DNA of 64,000 nucleotides from Octopus vulgaris (Eukaryota): NCBI GenBank assembly GCA_951406725.2, contig OX597822.1, positions 109,120,001 to 109,184,000 of the forward strand, read 5' to 3'. Shown piece by piece: positions 13,840 to 25,027 of this stretch (position 1 is its first letter; each line of letters starts with the position of its first letter). The notes under the pieces were generated by a model. It saw only the letters and a program-made list of their open reading frames with translations, ran no database searches and was not told where the DNA came from. The position numbers and the translations under genes were made by a program.

Positions 13840-15260
13840 GCACGCCACCGATAATGCAAATAGTCATTGTGCAATGAGGGGATAATAACAATGTGTATTT
13901 TGTCTGTTCCAGTTTTGATCATTCCAAGTGCTCCTACAATCATGGGGGTTGTAGTCCCCTTGTGATGCCACATTTATTTCCGATTTGAGCGAGCAAATTG
14001 TTCTATGTTCTGGGGTTGTTATATTGTGTTACCGAAATGTTAATGATCATGAGCTGTATTCATGCTAATCAATAAATATAAAAATACTTACAAAAATTGT
14101 CAACAGCTTCGATTTTATAACGCCCACATATAACCAGTATTGATATTGGCCAGCTCTGTCATGTCTTGATTTATACTCTACTGCCGCTATAGCTTTACGG
14201 TCAGAGTTTAAGTAGTCCACTATTACAATTTCATCATTGCAGAATCGGCACTTTGGATCTGCTCTATTTTTCATCAGATTAGCTTGGTAGTTTTGAATCA
14301 ATAAGGTTTGATCTTGAGCTGCTTAGATGAAGCCTTCGATCTCTTCTTTGTGGCCTGCGCTTCGTACCTACCGATGGGCGTGATTCTGGTTAATATAAGC
14401 GGTTTTTTGCTATGATCCACTTGTTTGCCATGCACAACATTTTGCCCGCACCTCCCAGCCAATAGTTCATGCGCATTTTTTTATTTATAATTAATTTCAT
14501 GTTATTTGCAGCAACAGTTGCATATACTAATTCCGGCTGATTATCCTGGGTATCATTTATGAAATCAATAACAACTTTTGGGATCTTATTTAAGATAGGA
14601 TGAAGCTTCTAGGCTTCTTGTCATTTTAGCATCAGGACGTTGGGTGTTTCAACATGTTAGGGCTTTTCTAAGGTAAAGACGATCCACGTTTGCATTTAGC
14701 TTGTGCATCTTAGTACGAGTCCGCAGCTTACCATGTTTACAATAATAGTTTGATTTTTCTGGTTTTCGAATTAAATATTCTAGTTCAACACACTGAATCT
14801 ATAAGTAACAACTGTAAGTGCTAAAGAATTTTGGTTAACCCCTTATGTGTATTTAGCCCAACTTTTAGAAGGATGATCTGTCCTACAACATTCCTTATGG
14901 ATTCTCGTTTTCTAGAATGTGACCTTGGTATATTTATGAATACCGAACGCGGAGTCGATGTCATCAATGAATGCTCTCACAGTACGTATTCAGGCTTATC
15001 ATTGCATTTGACATACGGCTTTTATTCATCCATATGAAATTGATTGCTTAATTTTTTGTTGTCACTTTTGTACCCACACTGTTCTGTTAAATTCCCTTAT
15101 GATGCGTAACAGAGCTATGGAGAAAATACTGCATATGATGCTAAGAACGTCTGAATTTGGTACTATATTACAATGATATATTTGGAGATTTACATTCCAC
15201 AAGGATGTACTATGTTTCAGAAAATTTGAAATTCCAGGAGGAATTTTGAAGACTCCAGTG
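13840..15260 (-). mobile_element. Degenerate RLE-type LINE (R4/Dong-like)
   Basis: DPKCRFCNDEIVIVDYL...YKSRHD (decayed CCHC knuckle plus RHD) in ORF 14065-14301; PMIVGALGMIK near 13910-13945. Confidence 0.8.
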
Positions 15261-15289
15261 CTTTGAAGATTTTATTATCATTATTATTT

Positions 15290-15435
15290 TGTTACGTTAA
15301 GTTGCGCCGAGATCCAATTTGCATTCCATTCTTTAAGGGTCCATAAATTAATTACCAGTGAAACACTGAGGTCGATGTAATCGACTAATCTCTTCACCGA
15401 AAACTTTCAGGTCTTCTGCCTTTAGTAGAAAGGGT
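15290..15435 (+). mobile_element. Degenerate SINE family C fragment
   Basis: gccgagatc...ttccattctttaagggtccataaattaattaccagtg...gtcgatgtaatcgacta. Confidence 0.65.
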
Positions 15436-15479
15436 TATTATTTTTTTCTTTTTATCACAGGTTTGGTTGGAGTTCATGG

Positions 15480-16262
15480 AGATTTACATACGTAGCGGGA
15501 TTACTACCTGCAGACTACGGAACCATGCTATCCATTCGTTCCAGCTATTTAATACTTCCCTGATTATTCTGGCCGTGCAAAGGAGGCAACCTTTTTGTAC
15601 CTTTCTACTGAGTACTCAATTCCAATTTCCTTTATATTGACCTTCATGCCTTCTGATACTGTTCCCAAGGACTATCTTCCCCGTCATCATTTTCCATAGT
15701 CAGACTATTTCGTACATAAGAGGGTTGTATTTATTTGTCTATTCGCCTTCCATCTGGACTATTCGTGGGTCAAATAGCCATGCAACACCACGTATATAAC
15801 ATATGCGGTGCACATTATCCACCACCACTAAGTCCGGTCCGTTATACTCTAGCACATGATCTCTTTAATTTGGGAAATCCCACACTATTTCCTCCGCCAC
15901 TCTCTTTGGTTTGTGCTCATACTACCTCTTGCCTCTCTGTAGCCACCACTTTTCGCAGTTTCCAATGTAGTACATTCGCTGCCTGATCGTGTCGTCACAA
16001 CTTATAATGGTTTTGGGTAAGTCTAGGGGATTCGTTCTTGATATGGGCAACGGTTTCATTTACACTATAGTTGATGCAGCGCAGCAGAAACACTTGCTCA
16101 TTCCTAAATTTGACCCTCTAGTTCATGATCAAATATTGGTCTTGCGCCACCAGTATAGTGCTCTCTGCCTCTTTTTTAGTGTTTCTTTTCATGATTATTC
16201 ACTCGTCTGATAAGGGTACACTAGACTAGACACATGGATCACAACCACATGGAGGCAAAACA
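15480..16262 (-). mobile_element. RLE-type LINE fragment including its 3' end
   Basis: Minus strand reads VQKGCLLCTARIIREVLNSW near 15540-15600; same family as 1-200. Confidence 0.75.
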
Positions 16263-16276
16263 GTGATTTATGAAAT

Positions 16277-16277
16277 C

Positions 16278-16369
<92 letters not shown>

Positions 16370-16406
16370 TATCATCACTATTATTATTATGATTATGATT
16401 ATTATC
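16277..16406. repeat. (CAT)n/(ATT)n microsatellite
   Basis: Direct reading. Confidence 0.95.
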
Positions 16407-16407
16407 A

Positions 16408-16516
16408 TTGATAAATTAAGTACCAGTTACGCACTGGGGTTGATGTGATCGACTTAATCCATTTGTCCTCGTTTCTCCTCTCTGTGTTTAGCCCCTTGTG
16501 GCTAGTAAAGAAATAA
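16408..16516 (+). mobile_element. SINE family C 3' half
   Basis: gataaattaagtaccagttacgcactgggg...gtttagccccttgtggctagtaaagaaata. Confidence 0.85.
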
Positions 16517-16558
16517 GTTATTATTATTATTATTATCATCATTATTATTGTTGTTGTA

Positions 16559-16590
<32 letters not shown>

Positions 16591-18919
16591 CTTCATAATT
16601 ATCACCATTATTATTAACGTTTTTTTCTTATTGAATTCGTTAGAATAATCAATTTTAAGATAAGTAAAACGATACTGATACGTAATTGATACTGATTAGT
16701 TACTCAGACCCGTATGTAAAACTATATATGCCTCGTTTGGTTATTGATAGAGCGCTACCGTATTGCATGAATACCTACAGAATGTATGGAAGCAACCACA
16801 AAACAAGCATCATAATGTTAAAGCGGTATCCGCAAACGAGAAGCGTTTACTGGAAGATAAACAATTATGTCGTAGAAATCGCTTAAATATGACGGAATTG
16901 GAATTCCAAGACATATCAAACATTGTACCTTCCGATAACAAGATAAACGTTTTGAAGTCTAGACCCTTTTCCTCCTAAAGGAGTCTATGCCGCGCAACAT
17001 GAAATGTAGATATAAACAAGAAACATTTGTGAAGCTCTTATAAGCACGTTTCATTAATGAGTAAAATCTAAATAAGTCTAAATATTAGTAATCTTTCATG
17101 AAGAGATAAAAAATTTCCATCGTAACAATATCAATTCTGAAATATAGAAATATCTTGTTAAATCCCAAATTAGTTGTCCTGTCTTCCAACGAATATTTCT
17201 TGTATTCGGAGTTGTGAAATGGATACGTTTGTTTCTATGTGTTCGTGTGATATCTACGAACTGAAGTATTTTGGGTGGTTTAAGGTTCTGTAAACGTGTG
17301 TGATCCTGTTTTTATTTTAATATTACATCATTTCAAAATCCATTGAGTGGTTTCACATTTTTATTTAGGTCTACCTTATTCTTCGTGTTTAAGAAACATT
17401 ATGGCTGGCTTTTAAAATGCGGTAATGCAGTAACATAAACAACTATTAGATGGTTGTATGTCGTACAGATTATTTACGCAAGGTAGCTTCTTTCACTTCA
17501 TTATGGAAATAGTAATATATGATGTGTATTACCCGGCTGAGAGGAATTTCGAGCACAAGGCTTTTCATATTGACTTCAAAAGACATCAGAATAACTTGCA
17601 AATACTAGCAAAGTTAACTATAATAGACATTCAACATAACTGTCTTTATTAACTCAATATGCGGAAAGCAGTAATTCTAGTGGGCGATAAGTTGCAATAA
17701 TACTATAATTTTATATTAATAGAGTTGAGTACACAAAAGTGTACTCAACTTTATGATATGAACGGAGAGAATATACATTGGACTATAAAAAAACTTGACA
17801 AAAGTGCTACTAGTTTTCAACTCTTTGAGAGCCACACTCGAATCGTATCATCTATTTTCCTTTTACGATAATATAAATTCAAAGAAAATAAAGCATACTC
17901 ATATTATGTTGAACAAGATCACAGACAATATTTTATCTACGCTACTGTACTATACAGATATATTACTACAATCCTTTGATGTAAGTTGTTTATATAACAT
18001 ATTTATAATACCTCACAATATATAGTTGTGGAGATCATACATATGTTCTCCATTTTGACACGAATGGTTATTTTTCTCTTTAGTAAAATATTACAAGTAA
18101 AGTTGGGCATTTCACTTCAATTTTTACATGAATTTACCTTTTTTCATTTTTCTTAGTATGTTTGAGAAGAAATGCTTGAAAGTGTAAGGCAAATGATTAT
18201 TTTTTCGATGAATTGTTAATCTATACCGCTTGTATACATAATTTTACATACCTGCATCAACCTTATAATATATCAGTCTCAGGTAAATCTCTCCATTCCT
18301 TCCATGCTGTGCTTATCCTTCCCTCGTACTTAAGACTATGATAATTTTGCCTGTCATTCTTAAATCCACTGTTGACATGGTGGTTGCAAATGGTTGTTCA
18401 TGAACTTATATATAATATGGATTTAAACAACTTTCATTGTTGAAATATATTTTGTAACAGAGTAATATGATATAGAAGAGTAAAAGTTTAGTTTGGTATG
18501 CTCTTGCAGTTGTTTAATCACAAGTGGGGAGTCATATATGACTCCTCACTAGATATCTACTGTAGTACTTTAGTAGATATCTAGTCCGAGAATTTCAGCT
18601 GAATCCATCCAGTCAAAGTGTATTTGGGACAAAATCTTTCCATGTGTCGTCTATTATATCCCTGATTCGTGGACATGATTTGCGGGCTGTTCCTACTCGG
18701 ATATCGATAATCTACGTAAAAGCTTACTTTTTGGATTATGTGTTTTGCATTTCAGTAATGCTGAGCGACACATTTTCTTTAAATATGTATGCGTGTTTAA
18801 ATGCAATTCTAAAAAAAAAGTTACACCTTACATTGAAACTAGTGTATGACAATAACAATATATTTCAAATTGAATACATAAGATCAAGCAAAATATCCTC
18901 TCCGCGTGTAGAAAAGTCT

Positions 18920-19000
18920 TCAGCATATTGTAGTCACATCTCCACAAAAAATACATTTGCTCTGCCATAACGGTGGAAATGAAATATAAGAGAATGTAAT
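18920..19000 (-). CDS. Exon 6 (terminal) of BRICHOS-like cysteine-rich peptide precursor: ITFSYISFPPLWQSKCIFCGDVTTIC*
   Basis: Acceptor ttatctcag, phase 0 matching exon 5; three Cys; TGA directly after the last Cys. Confidence 0.7.
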   Translation of the reverse strand: MTFSYISFPPLWQSKCIFCGDVTTIC

Positions 19001-19169
19001 CTGAGATAATTTGACTCTTTTGATACCATCCCTTTAAATCCGTGATACAAACTGCAGGTTTTAATGTCAATGAAATTAAAACCTTTCATAAAAATATTAT
19101 GTTAATTTATGTTCTAAATAACAGTCAAAACAATGGTTTTAAGCTTTAACCGAATGTCACTAATTATAG

Positions 19170-19310
19170 GGGAGTGGATATTGATGACGTCGACAAGAGT
19201 GCACAGCGGATACTTATTTTGATCGAACTCAGAGAGGATGAAAGAGAAATTCGACCTTAGTGGAATTTGAATGAAGAAAGAATTTGAATGCTGCTAAGTA
19301 TTTTGATCGC
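19170..19310 (-). mobile_element. Degenerate SINE family C in intron 5
   Basis: gatacttatttt...gaggatgaaagagaaattcgacc...ggaatttgaa. Confidence 0.6.
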
Positions 19311-19563
19311 CTTGCACCAGCTTAAATCTTAGAGCTAATATATTAGATACTCCTTCTACAACTTAACTGAAACAAAGAGTGGGTATTCCATTAGAAATAT
19401 GCCAGTTAAAGTGTTATATGGCGGAAACATAAAGCACAGAATTCACTGGATCATAGGTATGCATGCAGAATACTTACCGAGGGTTCAACACCAACATATG
19501 ATAATTTGATATAAGCATTTCAGTGTACGGCAATGAAAAGGAATTAGTAACTAGAAACCTTAC

Positions 19564-19625
19564 CGTACAACTAATATTGCTAGTCTCACATAATTTTAGT
19601 GGCTGATTCCGAACAATGCAGCTTC
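19564..19625 (-). CDS. Exon 5 of precursor: (G)SCIVRNQPLKLCETSNISCT
   Basis: Acceptor gttacag (weak pyrimidine tract), strong donor ACG|gtaagg, phase 1 in and phase 0 out. Confidence 0.72.
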
Positions 19626-19959
19626 CTGTAACTTCCTTCCTTTTCACGTCATTCATAAGTGAAAATCTCGATGCCTTCGCCAGTTTGAACAGTTGAGAGC
19701 CCATTTAGCGAATGAGAACAAAGTTATCGAAATGAAAGTCTACTTCTCAATACGGTTTTCTTTCTTCTCTCGCTATGAGTTATTAAGGAAATTTGTTTCC
19801 AAACATAAAAAGAAAATAGAAAAAAAAAGAGGCAGATTCCTTTCGTTGTGTCATCATCATCGTTAGATATCTAACTAATAATTACTTTCAATGCTGTCAG
19901 TGTGAAAACGAAACCATGATAATTTCGGTTGGTTATTAATTATCTTCATAATGCTGGCA

Positions 19960-20037
19960 TTATTATTATTATTGTCATCATCATCCTCTGAATCATCATC
20001 ATAATTATCATCATTATTATTATCATTATCATTATTA

Positions 20038-20109
<72 letters not shown>

Positions 20110-20564
20110 TTATTTTTATTATTATTATTATCATTACTAATATTTTCAATATTATTATTGTTGTTGTTGCTATTATTATTATTATTATTTAGTAGTAGTA
20201 GTGGTGGTGGTGGTGGTGGTGGTGGTAGTAGTAGTAGTCGTAGTAGTAGTAGTAGTAGTAGTGGTAGTAGTAATAGTAGGAGGAGGAGGAGGAGGAGCGC
20301 AGCGCCAGCAGCACCAGTAGTTTGTCATTTATGTGACTATAGTAATAACTTCTACAATTTCGATGTTTATTATAACTCGGAGTCTCACATCGGTTGTGTT
20401 TTGTCCCAAATTTTACTCTCTGCTCCTTGTGTCCACGTAGCAATGCATAGATTGTGACGCAGCATGTTAGCTACTCTTTTACTGAAGGTTCCACCATTTT
20501 GTAGTTATTAATATCAACGGAAATATTACTTTAACGACAATACCGCCCTCACTGCCAACACCTT

Positions 20565-20626
<62 letters not shown>

Positions 20627-20628
20627 AC

Positions 20629-20705
<77 letters not shown>

Positions 20706-20760
20706 TAATAATAATAATACTAGTTCTAGTAGTAGTAGTAATAATAGTATTGTTAATGTC
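19960..20760. repeat. Compound trinucleotide microsatellite block (ATT, AGT, GGT, AGG, ACT, AAT) in intron 4
   Basis: Direct reading. Confidence 0.95.
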
Positions 20761-21134
20761 AACATCCTTATTATTAATAAAAAGTAATATTAATAACAAT
20801 AATATTGATATTTTTTAGTAGTATTTTGATAAGAATTATGTATTTTGCAATTTCCTTGAAGCTGTAACCATAGCAACTAACGTAATTTCCTTTAAGGTAT
20901 TATGAAAGAATTTTTTTTTGTAAGTAGTTCGAGTTATATAATATCATTTTGTCATCAAGTCTAATTTTGATTTTTATTGAAAATTTACTTATAGATATTA
21001 ATGAAAACTTTTTCATATGAATGGAAATTGCTAAGAGGCATAAATAAAGAAAGAATTAAATGAATATATTTATAGACAAATAAATAAGTTTTACTAATAA
21101 AAACAATGCAACAAAAACATATTTCTATAAATAC

Positions 21135-21452
21135 CTATGCTGTTATTCTTTGTCCTTGCCCTTTTATGACGCGCAAAATACATAATCTCGTTTGGACGGC
21201 AAAAGGTTCGTGTCATATCACATACGACGTACTGTTCCGCTAGAAGCTTTTCTTCCTCCGATTTCATCGTAATTTTCCATATGTACAAACTTGTGCTGCG
21301 ACTGGACTCATGAACCGTCAGTATCTCTAACATTTTGGTTTTTACATCTTTAACAATAGATCCGAATCTGTTACTCAATCTTATTTCCTTATCATTGACA
21401 ATCGAAAGAAAGCCATTCCGCATCTTCATGTCAATCCACCATTGCTGACTTC
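21135..21452 (-). CDS. Exon 4 of precursor: BRICHOS-like prodomain plus RHKR furin site
   Basis: 318-nt phase 1-1 exon (ttcacttag|...ATAG|gtattt) overlapping ORF 21094-21429; reads SQQWWIDMKMRNG...GSIVKDVKTKMLEI...SLYIWKI...CDMTRTFCRPNEIMYFARHKRARTKNNSI. Confidence 0.8.
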
Positions 21453-21819
21453 CTAAGTGAATATAACTTCATGTAGTCACGTACTTGTCTTACGAGTGAT
21501 ACCATACAAGTCTATGAAAAGTTTTTAAAGGTAAAGTACCGATCCGGAACTGAACTGAATCCGAAGAAAATTTTCGGCACATTGAGAGGAAAGAAGACTA
21601 GAATAATTTGCATCTTGTTTGAAGAAAATATATTTCGCCTGCTATCTGGAATCATAAATCGTTAAGTTATGTCAACCCACTCATCTCACGTGGTAAAAAA
21701 CAATAATCTGTGAATACACAAGCAATTGACTCAAAGATTCGGTGTGTATGTTACATTTAAATATCACCCAAATCAATCAAGGTCGTTGAACGATTGATAA
21801 TGCAGTAATACGAATACAC

Positions 21820-21874
21820 CTCGTTTTTTCGATGTATATCCATACGCTTTCATTTGCATTGTCTTTACTTTTTC
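21820..21874 (-). CDS. Exon 3 of precursor: EKVKTMQMKAYGYTSKKR(G)
   Basis: ctaaag|...GAG|gtgtat; its phase 0 in and phase 1 out bridge exons 2 and 4. Acceptor is weak. Confidence 0.55.
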
Positions 21875-22181
21875 CTTTAGACCGTGCACATTATAAAATA
21901 TATATTAACGTTTATGCTTGTCTCATATACAGGAGCTATTCTTACTAAATTTTCAGAATATCTTTTCCCATCTCTAGAAATGTGCATCAAACACTAATCA
22001 TTTAATAGTTTAAGTCTTCCACAGTCGCTTTCAATTTTTCATTCACAAATTAAATGAAATTGCATAACTTGAGGATACGAATCAAAACATTGTTCTTAAT
22101 AGGATCGGAGATCCTGCAAAGAGGCATGGGAATCGCCCATGCCATTTTAAAATATATAAACATTAATAAATACATATCTAC

Positions 22182-22264
22182 CTCCTTTAGTGACATATAG
22201 GCTCCAAGTGAAATGCTTACGAGGAATAACATGAAGACGGACGTATATGAAGTGACATTCAGAC
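22182..22264 (-). CDS. Exon 2 of precursor: signal peptide/anchor (G)LNVTSYTSVFMLFLVSISLGAYMSLKE
   Basis: Acceptor tcttctag, donor GAG|gtagat; hydrophobic core VFMLFLVSISLG. Confidence 0.65.
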
Positions 22265-22902
22265 CTAGAAGATCACATGATTCTCTAAGGTCTTGTACGT
22301 TGTTTTAGTTCCACTTGAATGAACGAAATTGTTATGAAATTACTTTAACCATTATAATATATAAAGAGAATGATATAATATTTTATCGAAAGAAACATTA
22401 AGCTCAAATGGTTTTCTTTTCTCTTAAATTAACTTTGGTTTTTTATCTACCGTGAATGCCCCACACCAAAAAAATAAAAGAACATTTCATTAGTTTAAAT
22501 AGCTGCTCATTAAGTTTCAATGTCACGAGAACTTAGATATAATGAAAGTTAATTCTGATTTATTTGCTTAAAGCTAATTGGTTATCACTTCTTCCATATT
22601 TGAAATCCCAAATTTGCTAATGATGCTAGATAACATGAAAAGGTTGTAGTAATTGGTAGCAGCACCGCCCCACCCCCTACCCCCAAAAATGAGTGCTTTT
22701 CGAATGAATAACGAAGAAATCCAAATAAGTAGGAGATATATATACAATATCCCATTAAACTGATATATAATTGAGGAAAATCAATATTTGCAAGTAAATT
22801 GCATGCAGTCAGAGTCAAACATACAAGTACGATTAAATGTAAGCATATTTATTACAAAGAGAGGATCAATCCATATACCTACATATATATATGTTTATAT
22901 GT

Positions 22903-22937
<35 letters not shown>

Positions 22938-23121
22938 TATATTTATATATATATATATATGCATATATTTATATATATATATACATGGATAAATATATAT
23001 ACATGTTTCGGTAGATATACTTATATATATATATATATTTATAAACTTATAACTATATGTATAAGTATATCTATCTATCCATCTGTCTATATATAGCTAT
23101 CTATCAGTCTATCTATCTATC

Positions 23122-23170
<49 letters not shown>

Positions 23171-23443
23171 TACATACATACACACATATGCACACACACA
23201 CACACGGGTAGTCATTTATGAATAAATACATGTCTCTGTGTGTTTGAGACAGAGAGAGAAAGAAAATGCGTATTATTATACAATTCATATATGACCCAAT
23301 AAACAAGCAACACTAAATGAATTTTATTAAATAATGAAAAAGAGATCTTTTGATATTTGAATATGAACCGAAACACATTGGGACATAGTTACATACATTT
23401 AGAAACCTAAAAAAAAAAACCAGTGACTTTGAGAATTAATTAC

Positions 23444-23456
23444 CTTGAATAACCAT
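23444..23456 (-). CDS. Exon 1 (coding part) of precursor: MVIQ(G)
   Basis: ATG GTT ATT CAA G|gtaatt gives the phase-1 donor exon 2 requires. Short, so other first exons are possible. Confidence 0.45.
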
Positions 23457-23570
23457 AGATCTTACGTCATATTATTTTTCCCTATCACATCGTTAATTAT
23501 TCGCATCTTGTTATAGTATTGTTTTACGGTTTTGTTTAAATTTCCTCTGAGCTTGGGTTTGGATATAGTC

Positions 23571-23999
23571 TACTCTTTTACTCTTTACTCTTTTACTCTT
23601 TTACTTGTTTCAGTCATTTGACTGCGGCCATGCTGGAGCACTGCCTTTAGTCGAGCAAATCGACCCCGGGACTTATTCTTTGTAAGCCCAGTACTTATTC
23701 TGTCGGTCTCTTTTGCCGAACCGCTAAGTGACGGGGACGTAAACACACCAGCATCGGTTGCCAAGCAATGCTAGGGGGACAAACACAGACACACAAACAC
23801 ACACACATACACACATATATATATACATATATACGACGGGCTTCTTTCAGTTTCCGTCTACTAAATCCACTCACAAGGCATTGGTCAGCCCGGGGTTATA
23901 GCAGAAGACACTTGTCCAAGATGCCACGCAGTGGGACTGAACCCGGAACCATGTGGTTGGTTAGCAAGCTACTTACCACACAGCCACTCCTGCGCCTAT
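23571..23999 (-). mobile_element. SINE family A, full length, just upstream of the precursor gene
   Basis: High similarity to the 10349, 29062, 39203 and 60273 copies. Confidence 0.93.
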
Positions 24000-24844
24000 A
24001 TATTAAAATAATTATATTCGATGCAACGTTTATTGTATACATACTTCATTAGTTAAAAAGATCCAAACAGAAATGAAAGCAAAAAGTCTCAAAAAAAAAG
24101 CTGTACTTGCTTTTGGAATTTTTATTATAATACGCAATGATACAATTAATCATGAATTTGTTTTACTTTAAAGAAATAGGATGTTCTATAATTTTATAAC
24201 AATTTCTATTAAGGTCAAAATGTATTGATTTTTCTTCATCGATGCAACTGTTCACCGAAGATTATCGCAGAAGTGCATATGGATTATTGGCAAAATCATA
24301 TTGGTAGCTGACATTTGACAATCGTATTAATGCAGGTCATTAATTCATGCTCGATTTTAGTTAACAGAAGGTTTGGCTACCAGCCATAGGGTCAAAAGGA
24401 TGTGTACTATTATCAGATTCGATGTGCCTGACAACGAAAATAACTTCGACTTAAATTTATAAACACACGTGAGATGGCAACGGGGATGAGCCGCTGAAAA
24501 TTGAACATTATTGGAGCATTTGGCAGCGATAGTCACAATAATTCGAGATTTTTAGCACACTTACGTCACCCACATAAATTATGGGAAACGCTCTAAAGCT
24601 CTACCTTGCTAACGTTACAAAATAATAAATCCTCTGGATACTACTGTATGTAATGCAACAATATGAAAATCAATAAAAAATATACGAGACCAACTCCATG
24701 TTATGCTGTACGTTTTTGATCGACTCCTTATTTACGGAGTAAATATTTAAATGCTAACTGTATACTCAGATGGAGAATGAACCAGTTGATGAGTGGCGAG
24801 ATTTCTAGATTGAAGAGGCACTCACAGAAACCTTACGTCAAATA

Positions 24845-25027
24845 GTGGAGGCGAAATGGCCCAGTGGTTAGGGCAGCGGACTCGCTGAATATCCCCGAGA
24901 ACTACGTTAAGGGTACATGTGTATGTGGAGTGCTCAGCCACTTACACGTTAATTTCACGAGTAGGCTGTTCCGTTGATCGGATCAACCGGAATCCTCGTC
25001 GCCGTAACCGACGGAGTGCTTCCAGTG
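24845..25027 (+). mobile_element. Internally deleted SINE family B with 9-bp TSD (cgtcaaata)
   Basis: Head ...gcggactcgc is joined directly to tail tgaatatccccgagaac; TSD at 24836-24844 and 25028-25036. Confidence 0.88.

Noticed and set aside
16686-16978. Two overlapping short plus-strand ORFs
   Set aside because: No recognisable motif or compatible partner exons.
19946-20799. Poly-Ile, poly-Leu, poly-Ser and poly-Gly ORFs (also 16263, 33567, 36326-37155, 61598)
   Set aside because: Trinucleotide microsatellites without splice or domain support.
21946-21973. Alternative micro-exon DGKRYSENL with a gtaaga donor in the precursor gene
   Set aside because: Needs a phase-2 donor, which the hydrophobic frame of exon 2 does not supply; the 21874-21820 exon fits both neighbours.
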